Shown: in pieces, positions 39,961 to 51,905 of the stretch
Numbering within the stretch: position 1 is the stretch's first letter
Layout: the number at the start of each line of letters is the position of its first letter
Program-made: the position numbers and the translations under genes
The notes under the pieces: generated by a model
Told to the model about the DNA's origin: nothing
What the model saw: the letters and a program-made list of their open reading frames with translations, nothing else
Databases searched by the model: none
Assembly: GCA_012026655.1 (NCBI GenBank)
Contig: JAAILG010000398.1
Span: 1 to 64,000 of the forward strand
DNA: 64,000 nt
From: Hydrolagus affinis
Lineage: Eukaryota
Reading direction: 5' to 3'

Positions 39961-40807
39961 TTCAAGAAGAACGCATTATGTGGCATCAATGATTTCACCG
40001 CATAATTCCAATATAGTTAAAATGTTATCCCAAACTGCACTGAAAGTATAATGTTTACCTCCCAGTTCAAACACAAACCAAACATTTGTTAGATTTTTCT
40101 TTAATGCAAATTTGAGATTGCTTGATATGAAATGTAGCTTACTGTTGTTGTGGCATGCTAAGCGGGCTTGAATAGTTGAATTTTAAAATATGTTACCAGT
40201 TAAGCAGATGGGTCAAGTAATGACAGATGAATTTTAATGTAGATAAATGGAAGAAACATCTGTGTAAAATGAAGAATACAAATTATCTATGTCCTGCTGT
40301 GCAGTGAAATTATAATTTGCTTGATCCATTTGTTACTGTTATTTAACTTATATTCCTTTAATGCCATTTTCCTTAAATGCGATACCCTATTGAATGTATA
40401 CAAAACTGTTTAAATGTGATTGTTTGAAAAGTGAAACCTTAAAAGTGTATAAAGTGTCATATGTATGAAAAATCAGTAAACTACAGCTGACCCATTTTCA
40501 GTGCACAGGGCGCCGGTTTTATTTTTTCAAGGCTGAAAGCCTGCATTCAACATGACATACATATTTTCAAGCCTGGCTTTGCTGAGCTTCGAAAGCAACT
40601 CATTTACTCTCACTGTTTTCAAAGCATGAATGAATTTGACATTTTTGTTATCTGAAAGCGAATAACCGTGTGAAGACCAAGCCAGTCCAGTCACATTGTA
40701 TTAATGTTTTCCAGCAGGTCGAAGAAGAGAAGGAAATTACCCTGTTAAGTATTGATACCAGACTCACATTATATTTGTTTGCAAGGAGTATCTGTGGTGA
40801 TTTTCTC

Positions 40808-40850
40808 TCCGCCCCCCACTCCTCCCGCCCCCTCACCACCCCCCATCGCT
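40808..40850 (-). other. G-quadruplex-capable tract with two GC boxes
   Basis: Minus strand reads GGGGGG-tggtga-GGGGG-c-GGG-aggagt-GGGGGG; CCGCCC occurs twice on +. Confidence 0.55.
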
Positions 40851-41740
40851 TATCTTTTCTTTCCCGAGGGTCTGCTATCAGCAGGCATCGGAAGCTGTCC
40901 AATACCTCGCTCCATAATCATTCTTCACATGTGAGCTGAAACATTGAACATCAGTGGACTAGTCGATTATATAGGACATCGTAGCCAGATCTGGTCCTTT
41001 TGTTATTGTGCATTACACAGCAGAAACACTGAATTGTTTATCCTCCTCTTTCCTTGTTAACAGGGACAAATTGTGGTATCCAATCTTATTCCCTTAGCTA
41101 AGATCAGTAACACACATAACAGTAACATATGCAACAGTAACAGAAACACACAGAGGTGATATCAGGGTAAATAGTGTGCTGCGTGCTTCTGTTAGTGTAA
41201 TCTGTGTTTGTGTTTATGAAGAGAATTCCCTTGCTAAGCATGCAGACTTTGCTAGCACAGGTGAACAGGGTTTTAATTTACTCCCGTTGTTAAACTCTGC
41301 TTTAGTGACAAGCCTGAGAAAAGGAACTCCAAAACAACAGAAGCCAAGTACTGTAGACGAAAGACAATAATGAATGAGGCATTTTTTTAGCCTTGAGCTT
41401 ACAAAAATAATTCCTGTACATTCAAATTTTTCCATTCCTAGCAACTAAACATATTTATTCTGATTGTAACTTTAAAGAATCTTTTATTGTCTAAGGTAAC
41501 AAGAAAATATTTCAATGCAGCAAGCTCCATTGGCATTAGATAATATTTTGTTTTAAAATTCAGTGAAGAATACTAAAATCTGCACTTACTGAAAGATTGA
41601 TAGAAACATTAATGTTCTGTACACTATTGTGTGTACTTACAATGTAATAATTTTCCATAACCTCTGATTATTTAAGATTGAATACCAAAAGTACAGTTGC
41701 TGTTGAAAAGTTATTTCCCCTCTGTCCTCTGCAAGATTAA

Positions 41741-41937
41741 GGACATCCTCCTGACGTGAAAGGCGCTATACAAGTGTAATTTTGTTGTTGTTGTTGTTGT
41801 AAGGCTGTCATGCTCAGCAGGAAAAAAAACTAGTCGCTATCATTTTACTTAAATGTTAGTAAGAGGAAAGTGATAATGTAATAAACAACATCAACAAAAT
41901 TACATTTGTATTGCGTCTTTCACGTTGCAAAGCGCTG
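41741..41937. mobile_element. Two ultra-short L2 tails, tail-to-tail (41741-41800 +, 41884-41937 -)
   Basis: ggacatcctcctgacgtgaaaggcgct...(ttg)n and aacaacatcaacaaaattacatttgtattgcgtctttcacgt..aaagcgctg. Confidence 0.85.
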
Positions 41938-43676
41938 AACATCTGAAAGACAAGATAGCTTTGTGGATTGGTCTGTCATTCATTCATTTCTTCAATATTT
42001 TATTGGTTCAATGGTAAATTCAGACTTGTCAGTAACCATCAAAGGAACTTTGCCCATATAATAATAATTTTATGAATTTTATAATAATTTTATTAACCAA
42101 TATATAATTTGAAAAACTATTTAAAAAAAAAAAAAAATATGTATCCTTGTGTGTTGACTTCTTGTTGACACTCTGAGCAATCAGCTCTGAATCGGTAATG
42201 GACAATCACTCCTGGTTGAAAGTATTCCGGTTTTCATGTTCCAATTTTTTTCCTGCATGGTTTGAAGGACATTTAAATCAAGAATACGTTTTGACATCCC
42301 TAAAATCGGGGCAGAATAAAATGTATGTATCATCAGGATAACCACAGGCTACTTACTGAAGTTCAAGGAAAATATGCAATGAAATTCTATATTTAGATTT
42401 CATACAATATTTTCCGAATGGAAACCCAAATCCAAATCCTATCGGGAGATGGTAATAATTAATTACACAAAATAATTTGCTTTTACCAGAATTACAATTA
42501 TTTGGTGCTGACTGCCATGGCATTACATTATTCCATTGGGTTGTAGAATTATTGTATTTTTGCTATAATGCACGTTCATGTACAAGAAAATTTATTAGAC
42601 ATACGGCTAATATGCTGAACAATGGACCTCTAAAAGCCGTTTCACCCCTAGGCCGCTCTTTTAGTGAAATGAAAGAGACTCAGATGAATCATGTCCAAAA
42701 CTATATAGACAGTTTGTGAAGTAGGTATGTATTTTTTAAAAAGTTGCATTTCCATTATTAGAGCTGTACCTTAAATGTTCAAAATGAAATGGCCAGCATA
42801 TTTTACACCTTCATGGAAATAGTTTTCACTTGGGAAGAGACAAATGAGATATATAAGGGTAAGAAATTAATGAATTTTATAAATTGAAGTACAACGTTGC
42901 TGGAAAAAAAATGAAGTCCAATAAATATTGCTAGAATGTGATGGAATCTAAATCTATTCTGTTATATGCTTCTCTGAAAGCAATCATGCTTTGCTAAAGG
43001 TATCCTTTATTAGCCCGTTTACTGAAGTCACATTAGGAAACAGTCCACCATAGTACTGCACTGCCCATTTCAGTTCTGTCACAGAACCTTGACTAAATGT
43101 ATGAACTGATTCAATTCACACAACTGAAAGCAGAATATATGTTGTAATCACATAACATGGTTGATAATGGATACAGATGGAATTTATGAATTACAGATTT
43201 TCTTTCAGTGTATTGGCACTTGATGATTTTATGCAGCAAATGTCTCTTGCCACTATGTTGGCCTCTACCTTACTAAACATGTCTGATATGTAACTGGAAG
43301 TGCAACTTATCAAGAGGTTGAATGTAATCAAACATGCTGGACTTCCAAGCATCTATGACTAAATGACTAAATTACTGAAGCTTAAAAATTTATGTTCAGC
43401 AATACTGTCTGCACTCTGGTTATTCTAAAACCCTATTAGTGTGTGATTTTATCAAACGCTGTCAGACTGATTTGGGGCATGGGTGGTTTGTTATGACAAG
43501 TTGCCAGTCTATCAATATTGTAGGTTCTTCCTGAAATGTCTGACAGAGAAAACACTAGACATATCTTTAAAAGTCAAAAAGTAGTTGACTGAAGATCTAA
43601 AGTCCTGAACAGAAGGTCAGTGTCAATATTAATAGTAGATTTTAAACATTAAAAATGTTAATAATGTACTATAAAA

Positions 43677-44380
43677 ATAAATAATCCTTGCAGTTGATAT
43701 AACACTTTATAATATTGAAATGACTTAAAGCCCTTCTCAATCATGACTGTTAAGTTTAACTACTGTATATCTGCAAGTGAACACAATAGCGAATTTATGC
43801 TTAGCAATAATAATAATCATGCATTGGATATAGCACTTTTTACGTCTTCAAAATGTCTCAAAGTGCTTCACGAAATATACTGTAAAGTGAATTAACTGTA
43901 GATTTGTCGGTGAAACGCGGCAGCTAATTTCGCACAGCAGTGACCCACAAACAGTCGTGGATTGAAATGACCAATTTTTTAACTATAGTTTTTTTTGACA
44001 GATTATTATCAGGTGTGTGGAGTAAGGAAACGTACCCAAGGTTTCGTCCTGCCTGGATTTGAAGACAGGTCTCACGCTTGTAAGCCGAGTGCTCTAACCA
44101 CTGAGCTACAGGACTCTGTGTCTGACAAATAACCATAAAGTGAATGATCAGTTTTTATCTGGAGGAATTGTTATCCAGGATGTCAGGGAAAAACTCCCTT
44201 CTATTCTTCAATTGTGCATATCATATTTTAAGGTCTCCCTAAACAAGCATATGGGTCCTTTGATAAATATTTCAAATGAAGGATGGCACCTTTGACAATG
44301 TAATACTCCCCAGCTTCCTTATTTATGAGCTTAAAGACCTCATGTGGGATTTAAACCAGCATCCTTACTTGGAGTTGAAG
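43677..44380 (-). mobile_element. Old Deu-domain SINE (43677-43806 + 44117-44380) split by a younger full-length tRNA SINE (~43806-44116)
   Basis: The flanks rejoin as tatgcttagcaa|..tgtctgacaaataaccataaagtgaatga, colinear with the uninterrupted copy near 45612 (tatgcacagcaatgtctcacaaatagccatgatgtgaatga). Deu-like ggatggcacctttgacaatgtaatactccc at 44281. Confidence 0.85.
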
Positions 44381-45337
44381 GATGCAGGTTTAAACCCTTC
44401 CAGGTGGCACCTACTTTCAATGACTATCAATGGCTGCTAAAGAGAGCAGACTTTTCAGGTTACATTTTCAAGCTGGTCAGTTCTTTACAGCCTTTGCTTC
44501 CTACTTTATTAAATTGGCACTGAAAGTAAGAGGTGATCTAGAAACAATTTTCAAAGTGAAATATTTTCAAGGTAGAGCTGTGCATGATGATGTGTTTCAA
44601 TTACTTATCAATACAATGCAGTACATCTTATTTAGGTAATCACTACTTAGCTGGTTTGTGGCTTGTTCCAAATGTCCTTCACATTCACTTTAAAACATCT
44701 CCAGTGGCTTGGAGCAAATGCGTATATAGCAGTAGGGTGCATTGACTTGTTGCACTGGATCAACTATAAAAATCATCATTTGCCACATAGGGAAAATTGA
44801 TTTCCCATTTACACTCACTAAAACCTTTCCAATGATTCTGGTTTTACAAAATGCGTCATATAGCAACAGAGGGCACAAAGTCATCCAATGCTTTTGTCAT
44901 AACTGTTTTTGCAATAGTTTGACTTGACAGTGAATTACAGATAACTTGGGTGTATGGTAATCAACATCTTCAGATTGATGCTTTGTCTCCTTTGCAGATA
45001 TGTATCATATCTGTCAATCAGCCTTGACATAAGGATAGCTAAGTTCTTTCACTTCACCAAAAATAGAGTGGGAACGATAACTTACAGTGCCTGACCTCTG
45101 GGATAAGAAAAGCTTAGGAGCTATGAATCACCAAATATGTCAATGAACAATATATTTCAGGGTTTAATAATAGCTTGGTCACTTATAGTCAACTTGGTAA
45201 AAAAATTCTTGTTAAATATCAGAGATGTCCAGTAGAAGGAGCAATCGGCTATGCCTATAGCAAAACCAGACTCATCTTGCAATGTCTGCTAATCTAACGT
45301 TAAACTGGATACAGTACGTGTGCATGTGACAGATGAT

Positions 45338-45398
45338 AACAACAACACAAATTACACTTGTATAGCGCATTTCACATCAGTAGAACATCCCAAGGTGC
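45338..45398 (-). mobile_element. Ultra-short L2 3' tail
   Basis: aacaacaacacaaattacacttgtatagcgcatttcacatcagtagaacatcccaaggtgc. Confidence 0.8.
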
Positions 45399-45404
45399 AG
45401 GATA

Positions 45405-45490
45405 ATAGGAACATGGGTACAGGAGTGGCCATTTAGCCCTTCGAGCCTATTCTACCATTTAATTAGATCATGGCTGATCTGAACCTCAAT
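45405..45490 (-). mobile_element. CR1 3' end
   Basis: caggagtggccatttagcccttcgagcct...atcatggctgat; reverse-complement homolog of 62335-62412. Confidence 0.85.
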
Positions 45491-45509
45491 ATTGTTATTA
45501 ATGTTATTA

Positions 45510-45860
45510 ATAATAATGATACTTGCTTTCCATAGCACTTTCAAATTGGAACAAAATCTCGAAGGATTTCCTAGAAAGACTGTATTTTGTAGGTGTACAT
45601 GACAACTAATATATGCACAGCAATGTCTCACAAATAGCCATGATGTGAATGAACAATTTTTATTTGGGACGTTCTTGGCCAGAAACTCCTTTCACTTTCC
45701 GAATCTTTAATATCCACCTGAACAGCTGAAGGGAAACTCAGTTCTACATCTCATCTGACAATGCATCACACCTCCAGCACTGCAATGCAGTGTCAGCTTC
45801 GAGTGACACTCAGTACATGTCCCAACGTGGTTTTTGATTCATGCATGAAGGAGTTAACAT
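45510..45860 (-). mobile_element. Decayed Deu-domain SINE
   Basis: tctttaatatccacctga...catctcatctga...cactgcaatgcagtgtcagc matches the reverse complement of the Deu domain, and the shared SINE tail lies at the left. Confidence 0.78.
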
Positions 45861-47559
45861 TTGAGCCCAATGTCCATTAAGCAAAGGGCATCACACACCT
45901 TTGAATTAGAAGACTGAATGCTTTGAAGCTTTGAACACAGAAACACATTAAGTAAAAGCACAGGTTGTACGTCAAGTTCCCCGAGTTTACCACTGGATAA
46001 ACACTTCCAGCATGTTCCCATTGTCGCTGGTCAAGCAGAGAACTGAGAAAATAATGCAAATAGCAAAGATCCATCAAAATGCATTCGAAAACAATGGGGA
46101 GTTGTATTTGGTACTGTTCATATTGTTTTATAATGCACCTTAAAGTGACTCATTAGTTTCAAAAGCAGAGATTAATTAAGCGAATCAAAACTTATTAGTG
46201 GCAACTTCCAAGAGATTGCTAGGACCAAGCTCACTGGATTCTAAATAGAAAGCTGAGCATTTGAATGACCATAAAAATTATGGCAATCGGCATGAAAAGC
46301 CCAATGTAAATTGAGTGTGCAAAACGTGCTTGCAAAGTGATTCACGTTGGAACCCAGCTATTAAGGGGCATTTTGCAGAGGACATTGCTGGGTCATTTGT
46401 TCAGACCATAGGAGTATAGTATAAATACAGGTGGTGTGAAACAATTCGCTTTACACTTAGAATTGATCACATAAAGGGCTTGGATGGTCCAATGGACAAA
46501 TAGTATTTCTCAACAGATGCTGTCCAATGACCCTGTAACTTTTTTTATATTGGTAACTGTGAAAGTGAAAATTGGAGGCTGCATTTTCTATACATTTTGT
46601 AACCCTTCCGCCCTGGAGAACTGGTTGGACTGTAATGATTGATGTTGTGTTTGTTTTCCCATTCAACACATATTGAACTTTCTAAGCTTGGCTGGTTAAT
46701 ACTTTACCGGATGTTACCACTGAAACCCACTCCTCTGTGGATTAAAATAAACTAAGGGTGTTTATGATAGCACTAATGCTTTGATTGCAACCCTGTTGGA
46801 AATCACATTTTTTGTCCTCTTTAACTGTGTGAATGCTTGTAGAGTACTTTGGAAATTATAGTTAATTATTAGCGGCTGCAAATTGGCTATGCTAACTTCG
46901 ACAAAATACACAGCCACTTCAAAGTAAAAATTCTGTGAAGTACATTGAGAAGGTTTGATGACTCAAACAAGTGTTGCATCAAACACAAAGTATTATTATT
47001 CTTTTCCATTATATAAATGCAAATTGGCATAGTGGAAAACAATCGGTCTGAAATGAAAAACAAAATATGTGTCTAGTGGCACGCGATTCCATTAGATGGT
47101 GATATAATAGGAGACAGGAAACAGGGGAACAAAAAAAAAGGAATGAAAACCAGGGCTTGGAAGATAGAAAATTTGATTGACAAGCAACAATTACTGTCTG
47201 TGTAGTGGACTAGCCCATGATAGATCTTGCAGTAATACATTTACTTTCCCTGGTGTGAAATATCCTTTTGTTGGAATATAAAAATATTAATTTTCACAGT
47301 GTAAAATGTTCTAGTAGATTTCCTTCATCTCGCCCATGGGTTCTGTATTTGGCTCTGCATTGAGGCATTTATTAGCTGGCACCACAGACATGCGTACTTA
47401 CAGTATATCACTTACTTGCATGTCTGTGGTGTATCTGAGTTTTGAGATTAAATGGTGGCTTCCATCTTCCTTACGTAATCCTAAAAACTGTTCCTTCCTA
47501 ACCATTTCACTTTCTTCCATTAGTTTCAACCTTTTGCCAGTATTTTTCCACATCTCAGG

Positions 47560-48312
47560 CACTGACAGCATCACCATCCAAGGTTAAACACTCCACCTCA
47601 CTGAGCCAGTCCATAGCCTTGGTAGCTTGTTTGGGCCTCAACGGTCTTTTCTACCCCACATTCATGCCATGACAGTGCCTTTGCCCACCTCCGCAACATC
47701 ACCTGGTTCTGCTTCTGTTTCACACCGCAGGTTGCCCAAACCCTCATACACACATTCACAATGTCGAGGCTCGAGTATGCAAACTCCCTGCTTGTCAATC
47801 CCCAAATCCTGCCTCCTTAGGCTGCAGATCATCCAGAACTCCTGCACCATGCTCTATGAACCTATCGCTCCCATCCTTGCCTGACTCTGCTGGCTTTGCA
47901 AAACACGGAGTATACCATTCAAGATCCTGGTCCTCGCTTTCAAAGCCCTACATGGCCTTGTTCCCCCCTACCTATTCAACCTCCTACCAATCTGCTCGCT
48001 CCTTCTGCTCAGTGGGCTCTGGCTTGCCTCACATCCCCTGCCTACCCATCCCACCACTGGTGGACGGGCCTTTAGCCACTCTGCTCTCCCCTTGTGGAAC
48101 TCCATCCCACAATCCCTCCACCTTGACCCCTCCTTTGCCTCCTTCAAGATCCATCGCAAGACCCACCTCTTCGATGGTCCCATCAGCCACTCTTAATCTT
48201 CCCTCCCCACCCCCCGTCCCCAGCTTGGGTCTGATACAATGACCGTCCAGTGTCTTGGGACGTCCTTCTGATGTGAAAGGCGCTATACAAGTCTAATCTT
48301 GTTGTTGTTGTT
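47560..48312 (+). mobile_element. L2 LINE 3' ~750 bp (ORF2 C-terminus + 3' UTR), degenerate
   Basis: AQTLIHTFTMSRLEYANSLL / LRLQIIQNS / PIAPILA*LCWL / FKILVLAFKALHGLVP matches L2 motifs SRLDYCNSLL, LQxxQN, PxLxxLHWL and FKxxxLxxKALHG. Ends in the stem-loop and (TTG)n. Confidence 0.93.
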
Positions 48313-50319
48313 AAATACACACTTTCTAAACCACATTGAATTTCATTTTGCTCAGATAAGTCGGTGATTACTATGTAAGTATTTTGAGGTGAAAATCAAC
48401 CATGCATTATTTACAACTTACGATAAATGGAACAGAGGGTGTTCTCTGTGATAAGTATGCAACAAAATGGCACCACTTTCCCTGTCAATTTGGAATTATT
48501 TCCCTGCTGGTGTGAAACAGAAAACATCTGGGCAAGTTGACACAGGAAACACTTAGGGGCATTTTGATAAGACTAATCAGGATTGGAAACCAAAAGTCTT
48601 GTTTGGGGGAATCAAAGGACTGGAAACTGTGACTTATTATTCTGCGATGCAGAACAATACCATTGCATCAATGTTCTTAACCACAAGCAGCTGGCCTTCT
48701 AGTTTTGTCTGAAAGTGTCTGAAAACATTTCAGTTCATTGAAGAAACATGCTGTTTTTTATCAGTCAGACCACGTTTCCTCCTCATATATAATAGAGTTT
48801 GAAACTAATTAGAAAATAAAATTATTGGCATTTGTATGTTTGTTGCTTCCAAAATCTTGATGAGTTTTAAGCTTCGGTGTTTAACCTTATTGTCAGTTGT
48901 CAATAGGGGACCATTAATTCTTTAAATATATTCTTGTTCTATTAACAGCCTCCTCTCCCAAACTACGGTATTATTGGTTTTGTTTAATTCAGCACTTTCA
49001 AGCTTTCAGCCATTTCGGAATTTTTAAAACTGCTGTATGCTAAGATCATTTACCTGGGTGATTTTTCAAACCTTTTTGTGTATTTTGTTTATAAAGCTTT
49101 TAACATAAATTGATGACTTGGAAGAAATGCATTGGTGCATTCACATCCACTAGTGGTGAAAAAATAATCATAAATAGCTCTGATTTGTGAGATTGCAAAC
49201 TATGGTGCATAATGATGTACTGTTAAATTCAAATATTTAAATACTGTACATGCTTTGCATACAAACTCTTTCGAATATAATTTCAGTTGGGTAGATGATA
49301 AATTAACTCCTCTGAAATCCAGCTGGAGCTCTGAAATTTGGAAATATTTTCTTTTGTTCAATTTGTTTTGCCTTTTATGATATTTATATTGATGTATCCT
49401 ACAGTCAAGGAATACTGTATTTCTGATGTTGGAAGTGGTTTTAGAAGAGTTAGTGGTTGTATTTTCTTATTACTATTCTGTGTCATTCAACACATGTTGC
49501 CTCTTGAGAATAATCACCATCGTGGATGTAACAGTGGCTGAGTTGGTGCTGGATGAGATTCAACTTCCTGCAACTGGGCATAGAAGCCATCTTCCTTCCG
49601 TCAGTGTCTTCTCACCTGCGGCTCCAATCTCCTTCATTTCCCCAGCCCGTGCCTCAAACATACTGAACCTGTATGCAATCTAGGCATCGGGGTTGATCCT
49701 GCACTGCATCTGGTCTCTGACCAGGACTGCTTTCCTCAAGGGGAGAAAGCTATATTACATCATCTGTACGAGTACAAACATGTTAAAAATTGCTGAATAG
49801 AGAGCAAACATGTAGAAATTCGCTTCTGTGCTGAGGAACTCTATTCTATTTGTGACACAAACATATCTGTTTGTGACACAAAGTAGTGGAGAACAGAATT
49901 CTTGAATTCATTCACAATGGCATGAAAATTACTTTTAGTAGCAGTGATGGCGTACAGTAGAAAATGGATGCATTATGTTACAGTACAAGTAAAACTACCA
50001 TTTTCGTAAGTAATTGAAATGTAGGGTTATAAAAGGCTTCAGGAGCATGTCAATTGCATTATAAAAGTAATTGCTATAGCTATCCAAAGGAAATTAGTCA
50101 ACAGTTAAAAAGGCCATAAGTGTTTTTCTGTGCATCATATGAATGCTCTCTGTTACTTACACAATTTATGGATTGATAACCACTAAACCTAAAGAATAAT
50201 ATGGTTTCTAGTCCAATATAATTTATCATAACCCCAGTCAATTCACCATTAGTTAATGTCTTTGTTTTAACGTTATTAACACCTCTTCTCTCCAATTATG
50301 TTGTAATTCCCCCTTTTGT

Positions 50320-50490
50320 TTCACAACATTAACATCTCTTTAACCCATCATCTCCTGCCCTCTAGGCCATTTTCTCCTTTGTCTTCCTTGCCCTGCCTCT
50401 CCCTTTCTGATAATCCATAAAAGCCTCTCCCTCCCAACATGCCCCAGTTCTGACGAAGTTACCTTGAATTGAGCCAGACCTGTATTCGTG
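50320..50490 (+). mobile_element. Penelope-like element terminal fragment
   Basis: Pyrimidine-rich tract followed by ccagttCTGACGAag and gccagacctg, resembling my recollection of chondrichthyan PLE termini and the repeat at 51311-51495. Confidence 0.5.
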
Positions 50491-51310
50491 CTGTGGATCT
50501 AACTGAAGTTCAAAATTATTATTTAAAAGAAATCCTCATCTGATTCTTTGATAGCCCAGAACTGGTTTGATTTGTCCCCTCAATCAATCCAAGATGGTTT
50601 AAAAATTGGAGGCATTCAAAGGAGGAAGCTGGATTCTATTGCAAGTGGCCAGTCAACATACTACAATCAGTTAAGAAATGGTCATTTTAATGTATCCTGC
50701 ATTTATGCTCCGTATTCTTTCCTTCTTCTCCACTTGGTTGCTCAGCCAGGCAACATCTTTGTGGTTAGGAAACAGTAAATAAAGCTGTGGCAGACTGACA
50801 CAGAAAACAGCAGATTTTCCTTTCACTTGCGTGTCTCACCTTTGCACTATTGCCATCTACAATGTACCTTTGAAGTACCGGGCTGTATAAAGCCTTCCTG
50901 TAAAGCACACTGGATTGTAAATTGCACTGTTTCCTTTATAGCACTGGAATGAATAATGCTTAAAATGTCAGTGTAATAGAACTAACTGTAGCGAAGACGA
51001 TGCCTGAGATTGTTGAAGTCAAGGCAATTCTGGGCCAAGTCAAGTGGCAAATTGAAAATGTGAAAATCATGTCCACTTTTACCCAAGCTGAGATCAGTGA
51101 GACAGATATTTCTTAACATCTGCAGTTTACATGTTCAACATATCCATACACCAAAACATTTGTGAAATGACAGAAAAGTTTAAGGTTCTGGATTCAGTGA
51201 TAAACACTCATGTTGCTTTGGGACCCGCAAAATGTGAGAAAAGTACTTACAAAGTAAAAGCTCCCTTTACACAAAGCTACACAGAACAGCCTAGGCTAAT
51301 TCTATGATAG

Positions 51311-51495
51311 CACACAGCAGGTCTGGCACCATCTATGGAGTAAGGAAAGTGAGCTAACGTTTCGTTTGTGACAAGGGATCGTGGACCCGAAATGTTGACT
51401 CACTTTCTCCATAGATGCTGCCTGACCTGCTGAGTGTTCCCAGCAATTTCCGTTTTTTTGTTTCAGATTTTCAGCATCTGCAGTATTTTGCGTTT
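51311..51495 (+). mobile_element. Penelope-like terminal repeat with inverted head (arms 51311-51364 / 51388-51436)
   Basis: cacacagcaggtctggcaccatctatggag..aaagtgagctaacgtttcg pairs with cgaaatgttgactcactttctccatagatgctgcctgacctgctgagtg, followed by tttcagattttcagcatctgcag. Confidence 0.75.
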
Positions 51496-51496
51496 A

Positions 51497-51905
51497 CAAC
51501 ACAACAACAAAATTACATTTATATTGCGCCTTTCATGTCAGGGGACGTCCAAAGGTGACAATGTTTCAGACCTGAGCTGGGGTCAGGATCGGAGTGGGTG
51601 GAGGGAAAGAAGGGGATTTAGGGTGACCGATGGGACTGTAGAAGAGGAGAGTCTTGAGGCGGGACTTGAAGGAAGCTAGGTAGCGGGTGTTGCAGAGGGA
51701 CTGCAGGATAGAATTCCAGAGGTTACAGGCAGAAAGGCTGAATGCTCACCTGTCGACGGTTGGGCGGGTGGATCGGGGGACATGGAACAGGCCAGAGCCC
51801 ACTAAGTGGAGGGAGTGAGCTGCTTGGTAGAGGGTTAGGTCCCAGTAGGATCACGGAGCTTGGAGCGGTAGAGGACACAAGCCGCGGAGTTCTGGATGAT
51901 TGGCT
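51497..51905 (-). mobile_element. L2 3' region
   Basis: (CAA)n plus stem-loop tail, then G-rich reverse L2 coding sequence, ending gcggagttctggatgat (IIQNSA on minus). Confidence 0.88.

Noticed and set aside
47598-48242. Overlapping ORFs up to 128 aa
   Set aside because: Frameshifted L2 ORF2 remnant and its alternative frames.
49500-49765. Exon-like GC-balanced block on minus with a CAG|GTGAGA donor near 49617
   Set aside because: All three minus frames contain stops across the block, and the short open piece (FSMFEARAGEMKEIGAA) is unrecognisable.
51336-51348. tggagtaaggaaa shared between the Penelope-like arm and the SINE
   Set aside because: A single 13-mer with no flanking similarity; chance is adequate.
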